This document shows, one piece after another, positions 41,722 to 51,435 of a stretch of DNA of 64,000 nt. The notes below the pieces were generated by a model. It worked only from the letters and a program-made list of their open reading frames with translations. It made no database searches and was not told the origin of the DNA. The first letter of the stretch is position 1. Each line of letters starts with the position of its first letter. A program made the position numbers and the translations under genes. Origin of the DNA: an uncultured delta proteobacterium (GTDB taxonomy: Bacteria > Desulfobacterota > Binatia > UBA9968); contig CAVUVW010000013.1 of NCBI GenBank assembly GCA_963745035.1, positions 1,824,001-1,888,000 of the forward strand, given 5' to 3'.

Positions 41722-41844
41722 TCAATAGACGATGATAAACGCAACCACTGCGGCGATATACAATAGCGCGAGCAGCGCCAACCCAAGACCCCAGCGGCGG
41801 GCGCGCGGTTCTGAGGTATTCGAGGATCCTACCAGCGCATTCAT
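41722..41844 (-). CDS. Putative 40-aa single-TM peptide
   Basis: MNALVGSSNTSEPRARRWGLGLALLALLYIAAVVAFIIVY; ATGA overlap with the ctaB stop. Confidence 0.55.
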   Translation of the reverse strand: MNALVGSSNTSEPRARRWGLGLALLALLYIAAVVAFIIVY

Positions 41845-42746
41845 AGCGGCACCCGATCCAACGCCATCACGAGCAACAGCGCGGGAAGATAGATCAGCGA
41901 AGCAAATAGCAAGCGCCGGGCGCCCGTCCGGGACGGCGCCATGACCAGACTGACGCCGCTGGCGAGAAATCCGATCCCAAGAAGAAAAGCAACGACGAAA
42001 TAAACCGCGCCGGCAAGGCCGATCAACGTGGGCAGCAGGCCGACGACCAATAGTGCCAAGCAGTGTACGATGATCTGCCGGTTGGTGCTTTCTCCGTCCG
42101 GCTCGATAACGGGAAGAAACTGTATCCCCGCCTTGGCGAAATCCTCTCGGTAAAGACACGCGATCGCCAAGGTATGCGGGATCTGCCACAGGAACATGAT
42201 GGCGAAAAGCACCCAGGCATCGACCGAGAGCTCGCCGCGCGCGGCGACCCAGCCAATGACCGGGGGCAATGCGCCCGGCACGGCGCCCACCGGCACGCAT
42301 AGCGAGCTAAACCGCTTCATCGGCGTATACGCCCAGAGGTAGCTCAGGGTAATAGCGGCGGCGACAAACGCGCTCAGCCAATTGACCGAGAGAGCCAGGT
42401 AGACAAGCCCCAAGCACGTGAGCGCTATACCGAACCAGAGCGCGTCATTCGGCTGCAACCGCCCGTCCGGCAACGGTCGCCGGCATGTGCGCTCCATCAT
42501 TGCATCCGTGTCTCGTTCCAGAAACTGGTTGAGGGTAAGAGTGCCGCCGGCTGCAAGGGCGGTTCCAAGCAACATCTCTATCAGCTGCACGTAGTCGGGA
42601 ACGTTGCCCGAACCGGCGTAGTAGCCGACGAAGGCCGTGATGAGAACCATCAGAACGATGCGCGGCTTGGTCAGCTCGCAAAAGTCCGCCACTCGCCGGG
42701 AGGCGCTTGTCGTCGCGATATTCACGGTGCTCGTGCTCGAGTTCAT
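41841..42746 (-). CDS. ctaB: Heme o synthase (protoheme IX farnesyltransferase)
   Basis: LTKPRI, ERDTDAMMERTCRRPLP, GALPPVIGW, WQIPH. Confidence 0.95.
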   Translation of the reverse strand: MNSSTSTVNIATTSASRRVADFCELTKPRIVLMVLITAFVGYYAGSGNVPDYVQLIEMLLGTALAAGGTLTLNQFLERDTDAMMERTCRRPLPDGRLQPNDALWFGIALTCLGLVYLALSVNWLSAFVAAAITLSYLWAYTPMKRFSSLCVPVGAVPGALPPVIGWVAARGELSVDAWVLFAIMFLWQIPHTLAIACLYREDFAKAGIQFLPVIEPDGESTNRQIIVHCLALLVVGLLPTLIGLAGAVYFVVAFLLGIGFLASGVSLVMAPSRTGARRLLFASLIYLPALLLVMALDRVPL

Positions 42747-43702
42747 ACAGAAAATTGCTCCGCCAAAACTTCTTTCTTCCGGCCGTGCTCCGATGGCGCC
42801 GAGAAGCGATACGCTCTTAAAGTCAGCGCCACACTCGCCGCCAGCATCAATGCCCCAACGGCAAGATGGAGCGTCGTTATGAACACGATGGCATCGAAAG
42901 AGATCGGCCACAAGGTGGTAAACTTAGCCGCGTACGATGCGCCGCCCAAGGCGATTTGAACGAGCAAAAGAATCACTAGGGCGAGCGCCGGCCTATTCAA
43001 TAGGTCGATGCCCGCGTGGTGCCGCGTCACGCGCATCACGATCAGGATCACATGAATGGCGACCAGCGCCGCAAAAAGCAGATGCGCATCCAGCCTTTCT
43101 CCCGTGTGGCGCAGCACGGCGCCGAAAACGATTTGGAGATAAATGAGGACGGTAGTTATGGCGCAGAGCCGGCGCAGCCGCCCCGTGTCGTTCAGGACGG
43201 GAACCGTCGCCTGCTTCCAACTCGCCGAAGTGAAGATCGCCAGGCCGATCGTCAACGCGAAGAAAATCTGCGCGATCGCCGCGTGCACGATCGCCAGGGT
43301 GTTTTCGAGCAAGACAACGCGCAGACCGCCGAGAACGCCTTGCACAATCACCAGGATGAGAGCGCCGACGCCCAGCGAGCGCAGCCAATTGCGCTCCTCG
43401 CGCAGCCAAAACGTCAGCGCCAAGACAATGGTCAACAAGCCGACGAAGGACGCCACCAGACGATGGCTATGCTCATAGAAAATACCGCCGACCATCTTGG
43501 ACCACGGGTATAGAAACATGTTGTAGCCGAAAGTGGTCGGCCAGTCGGGAACGGCAAGCCCCACACCTTTACCGGTGACCAGACCGCCGATGAAAAGCAA
43601 CGGAAAGGTGAAGCAAGCCAGAATGACCGCAATACGGTGCGGCCAGAGTGATGATGAATGATGGGAGCCGTTGCTGGTTCCCATCACGCTGTCCGATTTC
43701 AT
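42743..43702 (-). CDS. ctaA: Heme a synthase (COX15/CtaA)
   Basis: GLAVPDWP, EHSHR, QGVLGG, conserved His residues. Confidence 0.92.
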   Translation of the reverse strand: MKSDSVMGTSNGSHHSSSLWPHRIAVILACFTFPLLFIGGLVTGKGVGLAVPDWPTTFGYNMFLYPWSKMVGGIFYEHSHRLVASFVGLLTIVLALTFWLREERNWLRSLGVGALILVIVQGVLGGLRVVLLENTLAIVHAAIAQIFFALTIGLAIFTSASWKQATVPVLNDTGRLRRLCAITTVLIYLQIVFGAVLRHTGERLDAHLLFAALVAIHVILIVMRVTRHHAGIDLLNRPALALVILLLVQIALGGASYAAKFTTLWPISFDAIVFITTLHLAVGALMLAASVALTLRAYRFSAPSEHGRKKEVLAEQFSV

Positions 43703-43716
43703 CGTGGGCTTTTCCG

Positions 43717-45477
43717 CTAGTGCGCCCGCGCCGCCGCGCTGGCGCCGAGATTCTTATCCTGCGGCAGCCAATCCTCTTTTACTTCGGGAGAGCTGTATTC
43801 GTACGGGCCGCGGTAAACCACCGGCTGGACTTCGAAGTTTCCATGCGGCGGCGGGGTCGGCGCCGACCATTCGAGTGTGTTCGCCTGCCAGGGATTTTTA
43901 TCCGCCTTCTTGCCTGCGAACAGGCTCCACACGAAGTTCACCATGAAAAAAAGCTGCGCGGCGCCCAAGAGCAGGGCGCTCCAGGTGATGAACACGTTCC
44001 AATGCTGCATCGACATCAGGAACTCGTACTGCGTGGGGTTGTAAATCCGCCGCATATGGCCGCCGACGCCGAGAAAATGCATCGGAAAAAACGCGCCGTT
44101 GAAAAAGATGTAGGTCAGCACGAAATGGATTTTCGCCATGCCTTCGTTCATCGTGCGGCCGAACATTTTCGGAAACCAATAATAAACGGCGGCAAAGAGA
44201 GCAAAGATGATTCCCGCGACGACGTAATGAAAATGCGCGACGATGTAGTAGGTGTCGTGGATGAAGATATCGACCGGCGTGGAAGCCATGAAGACACCGC
44301 TCAGCCCGCCGATGACGAAATTGGAAACAAAGCCCAAGGCAAACAGCATGGGCGAAGTGAAGCGGATCGAGCCGCCCCACAGAGTGCCGAGCCAGTTGAA
44401 AGTCTTGATCGCCGACGGCACCGCTATCACCATGGTCGTCATCATGAACGCCGTCCCGAGCAGCGGATTCATGCCGCTCACGAACATATGATGGCCCCAA
44501 ACGATCCACGACAAAAACGCGATCGCGATCATCGAGAAGGCCATCGCGTGATAGCCGAAAATCGGCTTGCGCGAAAAAGTTGAAAGGATGTCGGAAGTCA
44601 CGCCCATGGCCGGCAAGACCAAGATGTAGACTTCCGGATGGCCGAAGAACCAGAACATGTGCTGCCAGAGCAGCGGCTCGCCGCCGCCCTCGGGCAGGAA
44701 GAAACTCGTTCCCGCCACGCGATCGAAAAGCAACATGGCCAACGCCGCGGTCAATACCGGCAAGGCGAGTAGCAGCAGAATCGCCGTCACAAACAGCGAC
44801 CAAACTGTGAGCGGCATGCGGAAATAAGACATGCCGGGCGCCCTCATGTTGATGATCGTCGTGATGTAGTTGATCGAGCCCATCAGCGAAGAAACACCGA
44901 GAATGAGCAGACTGATGATCCAGAGATGCTGGCCCCATTCGACGCCCGTGTACTGGCCTTTCGCCGCGAGCGTTGCATAGCTGGTCCATCCGCCTGCCGC
45001 CGGACCGCCGGGCACGAAGAAGCTCGCGAGCATCACGACCGTTGCGATCGCTCCCACCCAAAACGACAGCATGTTGAGCTTGGGAAACGCCATATCGCGT
45101 GTGCCGATCATCAGCGGAATGAGAAAATTACCGAAGGTTCCCACCATGATCGGCATGACGACGAAGAAAATCATGATCGTCGCGTGCATCGTAAAAATGG
45201 CGTTGTAGGTTTGCGGCGGAATGATGCCGCCGCCTTGCTCGCCGGGATAGATGTACGGCTCGGGGATGATGTTGAGCCCGGGCACGGGAGTTTCCGGCCA
45301 CGCCAATTGCCAGCGCACGAGCATGGCCAGCAAGCCGCCGACGATGATCATGAGCAGTCCCATGAAGAGAAACTGCCGGCCGATCATCTTGTGATCGAGG
45401 GAAAAAATATACGTTCTGATAAACCCTAGCTCTTCATGGTGCTCATGCGACGCGTGCGCCGCCGCTGTCTCGCTCAT
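43717..45477 (-). CDS. ctaD: Cytochrome c oxidase subunit I (type A1)
   Basis: HATIM, WFFGHPEVY, WGHHM, HDTYYIVAHFH; D-channel Asp (RDMAFP) and K-channel Lys (SAIKTF). Confidence 0.98.
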   Translation of the reverse strand: MSETAAAHASHEHHEELGFIRTYIFSLDHKMIGRQFLFMGLLMIIVGGLLAMLVRWQLAWPETPVPGLNIIPEPYIYPGEQGGGIIPPQTYNAIFTMHATIMIFFVVMPIMVGTFGNFLIPLMIGTRDMAFPKLNMLSFWVGAIATVVMLASFFVPGGPAAGGWTSYATLAAKGQYTGVEWGQHLWIISLLILGVSSLMGSINYITTIINMRAPGMSYFRMPLTVWSLFVTAILLLLALPVLTAALAMLLFDRVAGTSFFLPEGGGEPLLWQHMFWFFGHPEVYILVLPAMGVTSDILSTFSRKPIFGYHAMAFSMIAIAFLSWIVWGHHMFVSGMNPLLGTAFMMTTMVIAVPSAIKTFNWLGTLWGGSIRFTSPMLFALGFVSNFVIGGLSGVFMASTPVDIFIHDTYYIVAHFHYVVAGIIFALFAAVYYWFPKMFGRTMNEGMAKIHFVLTYIFFNGAFFPMHFLGVGGHMRRIYNPTQYEFLMSMQHWNVFITWSALLLGAAQLFFMVNFVWSLFAGKKADKNPWQANTLEWSAPTPPPHGNFEVQPVVYRGPYEYSSPEVKEDWLPQDKNLGASAAARAH

Positions 45478-45526
45478 CGCTAAAAATCCTCCGTTAATGC
45501 CTTCGACTGAATTGCAAGGAAAGAAC

Positions 45527-46192
45527 TTACTGCGCCTTCGCCGCGAGGTGTTCATCCGCCCATTTCTTGTAGTCCTCGGGTGAATGAACAATGAGCCAAC
45601 CCTTCATGCCGGAGTGGCCAAAGCCGCAAAGCTCGGCGCAAGGGAGCTCGTATTTCCCCGGCTTGGTCGCTTCGAACCAACCAACAATCTCTCTGCCCGG
45701 CACAATGTCCTGCTTAAAGCGCAGATTGGGAATGAAGAAGCTGTGGATGACATCCGTTGCGGTCATCACCAGGCGAACCGGCTTGTTGGCCGGAACGTGC
45801 AAGTCGTTGTCGAATTTGACGTCGTCGTCGGTCCCGAGTTTTTTATCCGCGCCCGGATAATTCACTTCCCAGTTAAATTGCTTGGCGACGATGCGCAGCT
45901 CGAAATCCGTATCCGGCACATGGCGCTTTATTTTTGCCCAACTCGAAGCGCTCATGAACGCGAGCACGATCAAGATGACGGCGGGAATGATCGTCCAGAT
46001 GATCTCCAGGGTGGTGTTGCCATGACTGTACGTCGCGCGCCGCCCCGGCTGCTCGCGATACTTGATCAAAAAAATCACCATCACTGCCGTGACCAGGATA
46101 AAAGTTGCCCCCGTGATGTAGTAAATGAGATAAAATAAGGAATCGATCTCATGACCATAGGTTGATACGTCTTCTGGCAACCAGCTCAGCAT
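45527..46192 (-). CDS. ctaC: Cytochrome c oxidase subunit II (CuA, no fused cytochrome c)
   Basis: LEIIWT, DVIHSF, CAELCGFGHSGM. Confidence 0.96.
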   Translation of the reverse strand: MLSWLPEDVSTYGHEIDSLFYLIYYITGATFILVTAVMVIFLIKYREQPGRRATYSHGNTTLEIIWTIIPAVILIVLAFMSASSWAKIKRHVPDTDFELRIVAKQFNWEVNYPGADKKLGTDDDVKFDNDLHVPANKPVRLVMTATDVIHSFFIPNLRFKQDIVPGREIVGWFEATKPGKYELPCAELCGFGHSGMKGWLIVHSPEDYKKWADEHLAAKAQ

Positions 46193-46269
46193 CTAGCGAT
46201 CCATCCTTGTGGAAATGGAATATTAAAAGGAGAAAACCAGCCCTTTGCTAACATAGGCCCCAGGTCAAT

Positions 46270-46288
46270 TCAAGAGTAATGCTCTTGA
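46270..46288. promoter_or_regulatory. Inverted repeat, possible operator between divergent genes
   Basis: TCAAGAG-TAATG-CTCTTGA. Confidence 0.3.
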
Positions 46289-46348
46289 TTTGCAAAGACT
46301 TTCTGCGAGTGGTACGAGGGGAAAAACGCGCGCAGAAATTTTCACAAC

Positions 46349-46846
46349 GTGACCGCCTGGAACTCTCTCAGTTTGCTGATTCATCTCGGCGCCCTGGCTC
46401 TATGGCTCGGCGGCATCGTGTTTTTTTTGGTCGTCTTGGGACCCGCGGTGCGCGAGTTGGAACCTGCGATCGCCGTGAGAACGCTCAATCAAGGGAGGCT
46501 CGGGCTGGAAACCGCGTCGTGGATCGCCATCGGGCTGCTGCTGATGACCGGCATCTTCAATCTGTTCGCGCGCCTGCCGGGAAAAGAAACGGCGCTCGCC
46601 GAGTCGTATGGCATCCTTTTGGGCATCAAGCTGTTCGTCTTCGGCGCCATGGTCGCGCATCACTGCTTGCAAGTCTTCAAGTACGCGCCCGCGATCGCCA
46701 AGCTCAGTGCGGCGCTGCCGCCGGCCATGCCGTCCTGGCCCGAGCCGCTGCTTTCTCATTGGCGCCGCTGGTTTCTCTTATTGAAAATCAATTCGGCGCT
46801 GGGCCCGATCGCGGTGTTATTGGGCCTCGCGCTGGCTCAAAGTTAA
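46349..46846 (+). CDS. CopD-like / DUF4149 four-TM membrane protein
   Basis: IHLGALALWLGGIVF, TGIFN, YGILLGIKL. Confidence 0.65.
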   Translation: MTAWNSLSLLIHLGALALWLGGIVFFLVVLGPAVRELEPAIAVRTLNQGRLGLETASWIAIGLLLMTGIFNLFARLPGKETALAESYGILLGIKLFVFGAMVAHHCLQVFKYAPAIAKLSAALPPAMPSWPEPLLSHWRRWFLLLKINSALGPIAVLLGLALAQS

Positions 46847-46885
46847 GTTGCCGGCTCATCAGGATCGCGCCGCTGCCATCTGCTT

Positions 46886-48073
46886 ATGAACTCGAGCAGC
46901 CGCTGGAGCAATCGGATCAAGGCGATCGTCTTCGGGATTGGCATCGCGCTGGCGCTTCAAACCGGCGGCAACTGGTTTCGAATTTTGACGGATCGAGTAC
47001 CGGAGTGCGGCCAACCCAATTGTGTCGCCGACTTCGTCACTTTCTACGCCCAAGCGAAGCTTTTCTGGCAAGAGCCGCGGTCCCTTTACGATCTCGACCG
47101 CCAGCTTGCTTATCAAAAAACCGTCGCTCCGACCGAGCGGGTGCTGCCGTTTGTCTATCCGCCGATCACGGCCGCGCTGATGGCTCCGCTGGCACTGCTG
47201 TCGTTCCCCGCCGCGTTCTTGTTGGTGACCATTTTAAATTTACTGCTCATCCTCGCGAGTCTCCGGCTGTTGACGAGTCGCTTATCGCTCACTGCGGATC
47301 AATCCCACTGGCTGCTGCTGTTCGCGCTGTGCAATTTCGGCGCGCAGGCAGTGGTCTTCTACGGACAAACCTCGGCGATTATCCTTTATTGCCTGACCCG
47401 CCACGTATTGGCCGAGAGACGATCACAGGACGCTGAGGCGGGCTTTTGGGCGGGGCTGCTTTCGGTAAAGCCGCAGTATTTGCCGATCCCGCATTTGGTT
47501 CTTCTTCTAACGGGCAAATGGCGGGGATTTCTGATCGGCGCGGCGATCAGCGGAACGCTGATCGCCGGCGCATTCCTGCTTGTCGGCATCGAAACATCGA
47601 AACAATACTTCGATCTTGCCCGGCGCATGGTCGCCGCCGATGACGAGTGGTGGAATCAATGGCGCAGCATGCACAACTTGCGCGCGCTGACGATCTATTG
47701 GCTGCCGGCGCCTTGGCAGCCGTATCTTTGGTGGGTCGGCGTCGCGCTCGTGCTTGCGGTGCTGATCACCTGGAATCTAGGCCGCGAAAAAAGCTCAGCC
47801 GGCTTCGCGGTGGCGTGGATCATTAACCTGCTCGGCGTGTTGATCGTCATCCCCCATCTTTTCACGCATGATCTCAGTCTATTGATCCTGCCCTGCGCGC
47901 TGTTCATCAGCCTGTTTCGGCAGCGGCTGCCGCTCGCCGTGGCCGTCGGCTTGATGATCGTGGCCGCTTTGCCCGCGGTGAACTACGCGGCGCCGACGAG
48001 CACGGCCATCACGCTGCTCATTCTCTTTGTAGTGAGCGTGGCGCTCGGCGCCTCGCGACTAACGCGGTCGTGA
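46886..48073 (+). CDS. GT87 / DUF2029 membrane glycosyltransferase
   Basis: DFVTFY, FVYPP, GQTS, KPQY; multi-TM. Confidence 0.82.
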   Translation: MNSSSRWSNRIKAIVFGIGIALALQTGGNWFRILTDRVPECGQPNCVADFVTFYAQAKLFWQEPRSLYDLDRQLAYQKTVAPTERVLPFVYPPITAALMAPLALLSFPAAFLLVTILNLLLILASLRLLTSRLSLTADQSHWLLLFALCNFGAQAVVFYGQTSAIILYCLTRHVLAERRSQDAEAGFWAGLLSVKPQYLPIPHLVLLLTGKWRGFLIGAAISGTLIAGAFLLVGIETSKQYFDLARRMVAADDEWWNQWRSMHNLRALTIYWLPAPWQPYLWWVGVALVLAVLITWNLGREKSSAGFAVAWIINLLGVLIVIPHLFTHDLSLLILPCALFISLFRQRLPLAVAVGLMIVAALPAVNYAAPTSTAITLLILFVVSVALGASRLTRS

Positions 48074-48166
48074 ATGCCGCGCTAGTTTTTCGGATACAAT
48101 TCCCATCGGTGTTCGAGCAGAAACGGGTGATGTCGATCGGTTGCCCATGACATGCCTCCGCATTTT

Positions 48167-48288
48167 GTAGTGGTTCAGTTGAAGAAAGATCTCTCACTTC
48201 GTCGACGCGACACAGCCGCTATTTCTTCTCATTCCGAGCGAATGTTTCCAATGCGCGGATTCGAAACGAACTCAAACTGAACCACTAC
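48167..48288. mobile_element. MITE/REP-like element, 122 bp
   Basis: Perfect 14-bp terminal inverted repeats GTAGTGGTTCAGTT/AACTGAACCACTAC; no ORF inside. Confidence 0.55.
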
Positions 48289-48350
48289 CCGCAATCTTGA
48301 TTCAACGACTGTTCGGCAGTATAGGGGTAAGCGAGAACGGAGGTCGATCA

Positions 48351-49364
48351 ATGAATTTGCTTCCCGTCGCACAAGTCGCACGAATGAAAACTATTCGTTT
48401 TGTCCTGACTTGGTTCGCTGCGCTCCTGGCTTTGCAAGCCGTTCCCGCGTCAGCGGCCAACATCAATGTCGTTTGGACCAGCGAAGTCGGTCAATTCGCG
48501 CCGTTGTGGGTGACCAAGGAAGGCAAGCTTTTTGAGAAATACGGCAACAACGTTGAGTTGATTTTTATTCAAGGCGCAAGTTTAGCCGCTGCGGCTTTGA
48601 CATCGGGCGACGCTCAAGTCGGCATGTTCTCGCCCCAGGTGGTGATTACAAACCCGGGGTTGGAGTTGGTCATGTTCGGTCGCCTGGGCAACACCATGGA
48701 CAATCGAGTGTATGGAAAGAAGGGCATCAAGAGCATCAAAGAAGTAAAGCGGATTGCCATCAGCCGCTTTGGCAGCAACGCCGATTTCGCTGCTCGCTTC
48801 CTGCTCCAGCGCGAGGGACTCCGGCCCGAGACCGATGTCGCCTTGCTCCAATTCGGCAATCAATCGAACCGCATCGCCGCCGTCGAGACCAATAACGCCG
48901 ACGCCGCCATGCTCACGCCGCCGATGACGTTACAAGCGCGCAAACTGGGCATGACATTGCTGCTCGATGCTTCAAAACTGAATATTCCCTATTCCAGCCT
49001 GTTTTTCGTGTCGCGCCGGCCCTATTTGACGAAGACTCGGGCGGAGCTGGTCAATTTCACCAAGGCGATGATCGAAGGGGTGGCCCTTTACAAGTCCAAT
49101 AAAGAATTCGCGCTGAAGGTTTTGGCGAAGTACATGAAAGTGCAAGACCGCGAGATACTCGAAGAGAACTTCCGCGAATATGATTTTCCGCTGAAGCCCT
49201 ATCCGTCGCGTGAGTATTTCGAACTTCCGATTCAAGAAGTCGGCAAGAGAGATCCCAAGGTCTTGAAAGAAAACCCGGACCGCTACACCGATATGTCGCT
49301 CATCAAGGAACTGGAGAGCACCGGTTTCATCGACAAAGTTTCGCAAGAATACAAAGTAAAGTGA
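48351..49364 (+). CDS. ABC substrate-binding protein (SsuA/THI5/NMT1-like)
   Basis: Signal peptide, LFEKYGNNVELIFI, SRFGSNAD, DAAMLTPP. Confidence 0.85.
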   Translation: MNLLPVAQVARMKTIRFVLTWFAALLALQAVPASAANINVVWTSEVGQFAPLWVTKEGKLFEKYGNNVELIFIQGASLAAAALTSGDAQVGMFSPQVVITNPGLELVMFGRLGNTMDNRVYGKKGIKSIKEVKRIAISRFGSNADFAARFLLQREGLRPETDVALLQFGNQSNRIAAVETNNADAAMLTPPMTLQARKLGMTLLLDASKLNIPYSSLFFVSRRPYLTKTRAELVNFTKAMIEGVALYKSNKEFALKVLAKYMKVQDREILEENFREYDFPLKPYPSREYFELPIQEVGKRDPKVLKENPDRYTDMSLIKELESTGFIDKVSQEYKVK

Positions 49365-49447
49365 GGGAACGTCTGATTGTCGAGGTTCCCTCATCCTGAA
49401 CGAAGTGAAGGATTTCAATAACTGAACGACCCTAGGGAGGACAAACC

Positions 49448-50542
49448 ATGGCAAGCGTACGAGGAGCGACGTTACTGGGACCCGACAAATTGGAGATCCG
49501 CGAGTATCCGCTGCCGGAGATTCCACCTGACGGGGGCCTAGTCAAAATCGAGATGGGCGGCGTGTGCGGCACGGACGTAAAATATCTCCACGGCAAGCTT
49601 AAAATCGATTATCCGATCATCCTCGGCCATGAGATTCTCGGCCGCGTGGAAAAACTCGGCAAGAACGCCGCCGCGATTCACCATGTCAAAGAAGGCGATC
49701 GCGTCATTCTCAAGGGCGCGCTCGGCTGCGGCCGTTGTGCCGATTGCCGGCGTAACAACCAGCGCTTCTGCCGCCAGCGCACCAATTACGGCGGGCGGAC
49801 AAAATGCGACAAACCGCCGCACCTCTTTGGCGGCTTCGCCGACTACCTCTACTTGGCGCCCGACGTCCTCGCTACCAAAGTCAGCGATGCACTTCCCGCT
49901 GAGGCCGCCGCGCTGATCGGCTCGGTCATGGCCAACGGTTTTCAGTGGGCGATTCGCCGCGGCGGCGTCAAAATGGGCGATTACGTTTTGATCCAGGGCC
50001 CCGGCCAGCAAGGGCTCTCCTGCACGTTCGCATCGAAGCACGCAGGCGCTGCAAAAATCTTCGTCACCGGCATCGGCCGCGACAAACCGCGTCTGGAGCT
50101 GGCAAAAAAATTCGGCGCCACGCGCACGATCAACGTCGAGGAAGAAGATGTGGTCGAGGTGATCCGCAAAGAAACCAACGGCGAGATGTGCGACGTGGTG
50201 GTCGACGTTTCAGGCAACCCCAACTCCATTCTCAAATCCGTCGACTGCGTGCACCGCCAGTCGACCATGGTGCTCGGCGGGCTCACCGGTGACAGCACGG
50301 TGACACCTATGCTGATGGACAAGCTCGTGTGGAACGAGATCAAGCTCCAGGGCTGCTTCACCGCCGACAACGACGCTACGGAGGCGGCGCTGCGTATCAT
50401 CGAGGAAACCAAATTTCCGGTGCAGCAAATGGTCAGCCACGTCTTTCCGTTGAAAGAGATCGAACACTGCATCCGCGCCATCGGCGGCGAAGTGCCCGGT
50501 ACTTTTCCGACCAAGGCATTGATCAATCCCGCGATGGGGTAA
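49448..50542 (+). CDS. Zn-dependent alcohol dehydrogenase (MDR)
   Basis: GVCGTD, GHEILG, CGRCADC...FC, GPGQQG. Confidence 0.92.
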   Translation: MASVRGATLLGPDKLEIREYPLPEIPPDGGLVKIEMGGVCGTDVKYLHGKLKIDYPIILGHEILGRVEKLGKNAAAIHHVKEGDRVILKGALGCGRCADCRRNNQRFCRQRTNYGGRTKCDKPPHLFGGFADYLYLAPDVLATKVSDALPAEAAALIGSVMANGFQWAIRRGGVKMGDYVLIQGPGQQGLSCTFASKHAGAAKIFVTGIGRDKPRLELAKKFGATRTINVEEEDVVEVIRKETNGEMCDVVVDVSGNPNSILKSVDCVHRQSTMVLGGLTGDSTVTPMLMDKLVWNEIKLQGCFTADNDATEAALRIIEETKFPVQQMVSHVFPLKEIEHCIRAIGGEVPGTFPTKALINPAMG

Positions 50543-50549
50543 CACCACC

Positions 50550-50630
50550 TGGAGTGATGGAGTACTGGAGAGATGGAGTGATGGGTGGAGGAGACCCAAT
50601 ACTCCAACACTCCGCTACTCCAATACTCCA
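50550..50630. repeat. Inverted array of 8-nt repeats
   Basis: TGGAGTGA TGGAGTAC TGGAGAGA TGGAGTGA TGGGT / ACCCA ATACTCCA ACACTCCG CTACTCCA ATACTCCA. Confidence 0.85.
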
Positions 50631-50644
50631 CGGTAACTATTCGG

Positions 50645-51415
50645 ATGATCGAAGGGCTCAAAGACAAAGTCATCATCATCACCGGCGGCGCGCACGGCAT
50701 CGGCAAGGCCTACGCGCTGGCGTTCGGCAAAGCGCACGCGCGAGTCGTCATCGCCGACATCGATAAACCGGCGGCCGATCTCGCCACAGCGGAGATAGTG
50801 AAAGAGTTTTCGGCGCCTGTCCTCGCGCTGCAAACCGATGTCTCGAACGAAGCTTCGACCAAGGAAATGGCGGCCCGCGCGCTCGAGCGCTTCGGCCGCA
50901 TCGACGTGTTGATCAACAATGCCGCGGTCTTCTCTGTCGTGCCGATGAACCGCGGACGAATCGAAACCATCGATCCTGAAGAATGGGACCGGTTGATGGC
51001 GGTCAATCTACGCGGCCTGTTTTTCTGCTGCCGTGCCGTCCTACCAACGATGCGCCAACAGAAATCCGGCAAAATCATCACCATCGCGTCGGGGACCGTC
51101 TTCGCCGGCGCGGCGGGTAGAATTCACTATGTGACTTCGAAAGCCGCCACTATCGGCTTCACCCGCACCTTGGCGCGGGAGGTCGGCGACGACAAGATCA
51201 CCGTCAATTGTCTGGCGCCCGGCAACACGCTCTCGGAGGAAAATCCCACCGATCAGATGATCAAGTTCCGCGAGTCATCCGTCGGTCTGCGCGCGCTGAA
51301 ACGACTTCAGATGCCCAACGACGTGGTCGGCGCGATGTTGTTTCTCGCCTCGCCATTGAGCGATTTCATTACCGGCCAGACGATCAACGTCGACGGCGGA
51401 ATATCGTTTTTGTGA
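50645..51415 (+). CDS. Short-chain dehydrogenase/reductase
   Basis: TGGAHGIG, NNAA, YVTSK. Confidence 0.93.
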   Translation: MIEGLKDKVIIITGGAHGIGKAYALAFGKAHARVVIADIDKPAADLATAEIVKEFSAPVLALQTDVSNEASTKEMAARALERFGRIDVLINNAAVFSVVPMNRGRIETIDPEEWDRLMAVNLRGLFFCCRAVLPTMRQQKSGKIITIASGTVFAGAAGRIHYVTSKAATIGFTRTLAREVGDDKITVNCLAPGNTLSEENPTDQMIKFRESSVGLRALKRLQMPNDVVGAMLFLASPLSDFITGQTINVDGGISFL

Positions 51416-51435
51416 AATTTGAACGGAGATAAATC

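Noticed and set aside
50550-50630. Short repeat arrays as possible CRISPR
   Set aside because: Units are 7-8 nt with no unique spacers, and no cas genes are present.
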